From: an uncultured Verrucomicrobiae bacterium
GTDB lineage: Bacteria > Verrucomicrobiota > Verrucomicrobiia > Chthoniobacterales > JAFAMB01
Direction: 5' to 3'
Assembly (NCBI GenBank): GCA_963837955.1
Contig: CAWIPH010000002.1
Location: 4,512,001-4,576,000, forward strand
DNA length: 64,000 nucleotides
Under the pieces are notes generated by a model. It made no database searches and had not been told where the DNA came from. It worked only from the letters and a program-made list of their open reading frames with translations. Made by a program: the position numbers and the translations under genes. Below are positions 61,444-64,000 of the stretch, one piece after another. The stretch's first letter is position 1, and every line of letters begins with the position of its first letter.

Positions 61444-62485
61444 TCACGGGCTCCGCAGGAAGCCGTGAACAGCGAAGCTTGCGTCATAGTAGTTTCCCGT
61501 GGTCTCCCCCGCCTTGTTGATGGCTAAAGGGGAGGTGCCTTGGGAGCCCGAGGGATCGAATGTGGTAAAGGTGCCATTGCGGGCCCGGAGGAAGCCGTGA
61601 TACTGGTTGCTTGCAAAATAATTTCCCGTGATCGTCCCCGCCGCGTTGATGGCGTAAGGGAAGGTGCCTTGGTTGGAGCCCGGGAAATCGAACGTGGTGA
61701 AGGTACCGTCGCGGACCCGCCGGAAGCCGTGAGGCGGGCAGTAGTTTGCGCATTGCTGATAGGTTCCCACTATCGTCCCCGCCGTGTTGATGCCGTAGGG
61801 TTGGGTGTATACGGAGCCCGCCGGGGGATCGAAGCTGGTGAAGGTACCATCGGGGGCCCGCAGGAAGCCGTGAAACAGGAAGCTTGCGTCTTCGTATATA
61901 CCCGTGATCGCTCCCGCCTTGTCAATAGCCTGGGGGTAGGTTTGGGAGCTTGATGCGGAGCCCGGGGGATCGAAGGTGATGAAGGTACCGCCGGGGGCCC
62001 GCACGAAGCCGTGAATACCACCATTGTCTTGACAGGTTCCCGTGATCGTCCCTCCCGCGTTAATGCCAGTGGCCTGGGTATAGGAGAAACCCGGGGGATC
62101 GAACGTGGTGAAGGAACCGTCGGGGGCCCGCAGGAAGCCGTGATAGACGGAGCTTGCGTCTTGATAGGATCCCGCGATTGCTCCCACCGTGTTGATGCCG
62201 GAAGCCACGGTGTAGGTGGAGCCCAGGGGATCGAATGTGGTGAGGGTCCCGTCACGAGCCCGCGCGAAGCCGTGAGCAACGGAGTTTGTGTCAAAGTAGT
62301 ATCCCGTGATTGCTCCCCCCAGGTTGATGGCGGTAGGGAAGGTGCCTTGGCCGAAGCCTGTGCCAGCGCCCGGGGCATCGAACGTGGTGAAGGTGCCGCT
62401 CTGCTGGCCATACAACTCGGAGCCAAAAACCAGAAGGATCACACCGACTACTTTCCGAACGTGAGTCGAAACTTCGGAAGTTCAC
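61444..62485 (-). CDS. Extracellular repeat (HAF-like) beta-propeller protein, paralog 1; 5-nt-shorter 5' end breaks the frame near 62465
   Basis: Seven HGFLRAPDGTFTTFDPPG...T.P.AIN..G.ITG.Y repeats; near-identical to 62853-63887. Confidence 0.8.
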
Positions 62486-62852
62486 TTTTTCACGTGGTTG
62501 AACTGACTGCAACAGGACATTCCTCGCAGAGGAACTGCCGTGTTCGGTCTGCTGAACAACCCGCCGGGTTGTTCTCCGATCCTTCTGATGCGAAGTGGAT
62601 CCTATTCGGCAATGACCGAGCCAGTCAATGCTTTGAGCGGAACTAACTTATCACTGCTATCGTGAGTATCCTTGTTACCAGGATTCTCACTGTCAGACAA
62701 AACCAGGCGCTGTTAGTTAGCGAAGCGCATGACAGATGACAGAGCGTATAGCAGATAGCAGATAGCAAATAGCAAATAGCAAATAGCAAATAGCAGATAG
62801 CAGATAGCAGATAGCAGATAGCAGATAGTCGCTGCCCCCGAAACTCACGGTA

Positions 62853-63887
62853 TCATGGGCTCCGCACGAAGCCGTGAACAACGGAGCTTGCGTCATAGTA
62901 GTATCCCGTGGTCTCCCCCGCCCTGTTGATGGCCAAAACGAAGGTGCCTTGGGAACCCGAGGGATCGATTGTGGTGAAGGTACCGGCGCGGGCCCGCAGG
63001 AAGCCGTGATAAAGGTTTGTAGAATCAACATAGTTTCCTGTTATCGTGCCCGCTGCGTTGATGCTGTACGCCGCAGTGTACGTAGAGCCCGGGGGATCGA
63101 ACGTGGTGATGGTACCGTCGCGGACCCGCCGGAAGCCGTGAGAGCTGTTTCCGTAAGAGTAGTATCCCGTGACCGTCCCCGCCGTGTTGATGCTATAGGG
63201 TTGGGTGTATGTAGAGCCCCGGGGATCGATGCTCGTGAAGGTACCATCGGGGGCCCGCAGGAAGCCGCGAAACGCGTAGCCTACGTCTTGGTATAAACCC
63301 GTGATCGCCCCCGCATTGTCGATGGCCTGGGGGTAGGTTTGGGAGAGCGATGCGGAGTTCGGGGGATCGAAGGTGATGAAGGTACCACCAGGGGCCCGCA
63401 CGAAGCCGTGACTGCCGCTTGCGTCTTGACAGGTTCCCGTGATCGTCCCTCCCGCGTTGATGCCAGTAGCCTGGGTATATGAGAAGCCCGGGGGATCGAA
63501 CGTGGTGAAGGAACCGTCGGGGGCCCGCAGGAAGCCGTGATACACGGAGCTTGCGTCTTGATAGGATCCCGCGATTGCTCCCACCGTGTTGATGCCGGAA
63601 GCCACGGTGTAGGTGGAGCCCAGGGGATCGAATGTGGTGAGGGTCCCGTCGCGAGCCCGCGCGAAGCCGTGAGCAACGGAGTTTGTGTCATTGTAGTATC
63701 CCGTGACTGCTCCCCCCAGGTTGATGGCGGTAGGGAAGGTGCCTTGGCCAAAGCCTGTGCCAGCGCCCGGGGCATCGAACGTGGTGAAGGTGCCGCTGTG
63801 CTGGCCATACAACTCGGAGCCACAAACCAGGAGGATCACACCGACTACTTTCCGAACATGAATCGAAGCGTTGAACCGGAAGTTCAT
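62853..63887 (-). CDS. Extracellular repeat (HAF-like) beta-propeller protein, paralog 2
   Basis: Same seven-repeat architecture with an intact signal-like N-terminus. Confidence 0.85.
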   Translation of the reverse strand: MNFRFNASIHVRKVVGVILLVCGSELYGQHSGTFTTFDAPGAGTGFGQGTFPTAINLGGAVTGYYNDTNSVAHGFARARDGTLTTFDPLGSTYTVASGINTVGAIAGSYQDASSVYHGFLRAPDGSFTTFDPPGFSYTQATGINAGGTITGTCQDASGSHGFVRAPGGTFITFDPPNSASLSQTYPQAIDNAGAITGLYQDVGYAFRGFLRAPDGTFTSIDPRGSTYTQPYSINTAGTVTGYYSYGNSSHGFRRVRDGTITTFDPPGSTYTAAYSINAAGTITGNYVDSTNLYHGFLRARAGTFTTIDPSGSQGTFVLAINRAGETTGYYYDASSVVHGFVRSP

Positions 63888-64000
63888 TTTTCGCGGTGGT
63901 TGAACTGACTGCAACAGGACATTCCTCGCAGAGGAACTGCCATGTTCGGTCTGCTGAACAACCCGCCGGGCTGTTCTCCGATCCTTCTGATGCGAAGCGG

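Noticed and set aside
62486..62604. Known riboswitch upstream of the propeller genes
   Set aside because: Hairpins are present but I cannot match a SAM, cobalamin, TPP or c-di-GMP consensus by eye; needs an Rfam search

Overview
Bacterial window of moderately high GC. The gene and repeat style suggests a soil Verrucomicrobia-like genome, which is inference only. No rRNA, tRNA or CRISPR array was recognised. There are three layers. (1) A ~15 kb accessory, defence-like island (~3.9-19.1 kb). It carries a truncated PIN gene and a complete His-Xaa-Ser radical-SAM peptide cluster (hxsA-hxsD-hxsB-hxsC) followed by a translationally coupled SAM methyltransferase. It also carries a ParA + helical protein + PD-(D/E)XK nuclease operon, two tandem HNH endonucleases (one of the sulfur-binding-domain type), a PD-(D/E)XK-like gene beside a double TIR/NDT-like + P-loop ATPase, and a RES-Xre toxin-antitoxin pair. 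(2) Ordinary genes: mlaEFDCA, sugar ABC parts, a LacI-ABC-GH116 cluster, msrPQ, plsY, an Fpg/Nei glycosylase, a MoaD/BNR pair, oxidoreductases and two tandem beta-propeller paralogs. (3) Outside the island, intergenic DNA is a nested mosaic of short repeat families. Many spacers are bounded by inward-facing ATCTCACGCAAAG... copies, a GGCGAAGCGCATGAC anchor supplies stop codons or C-termini to about eight genes, and one heptamer array sits in frame inside an ABC ATPase. About nine frameshifts in the first 12 kb can each be repaired by deleting one base and are probably read errors.
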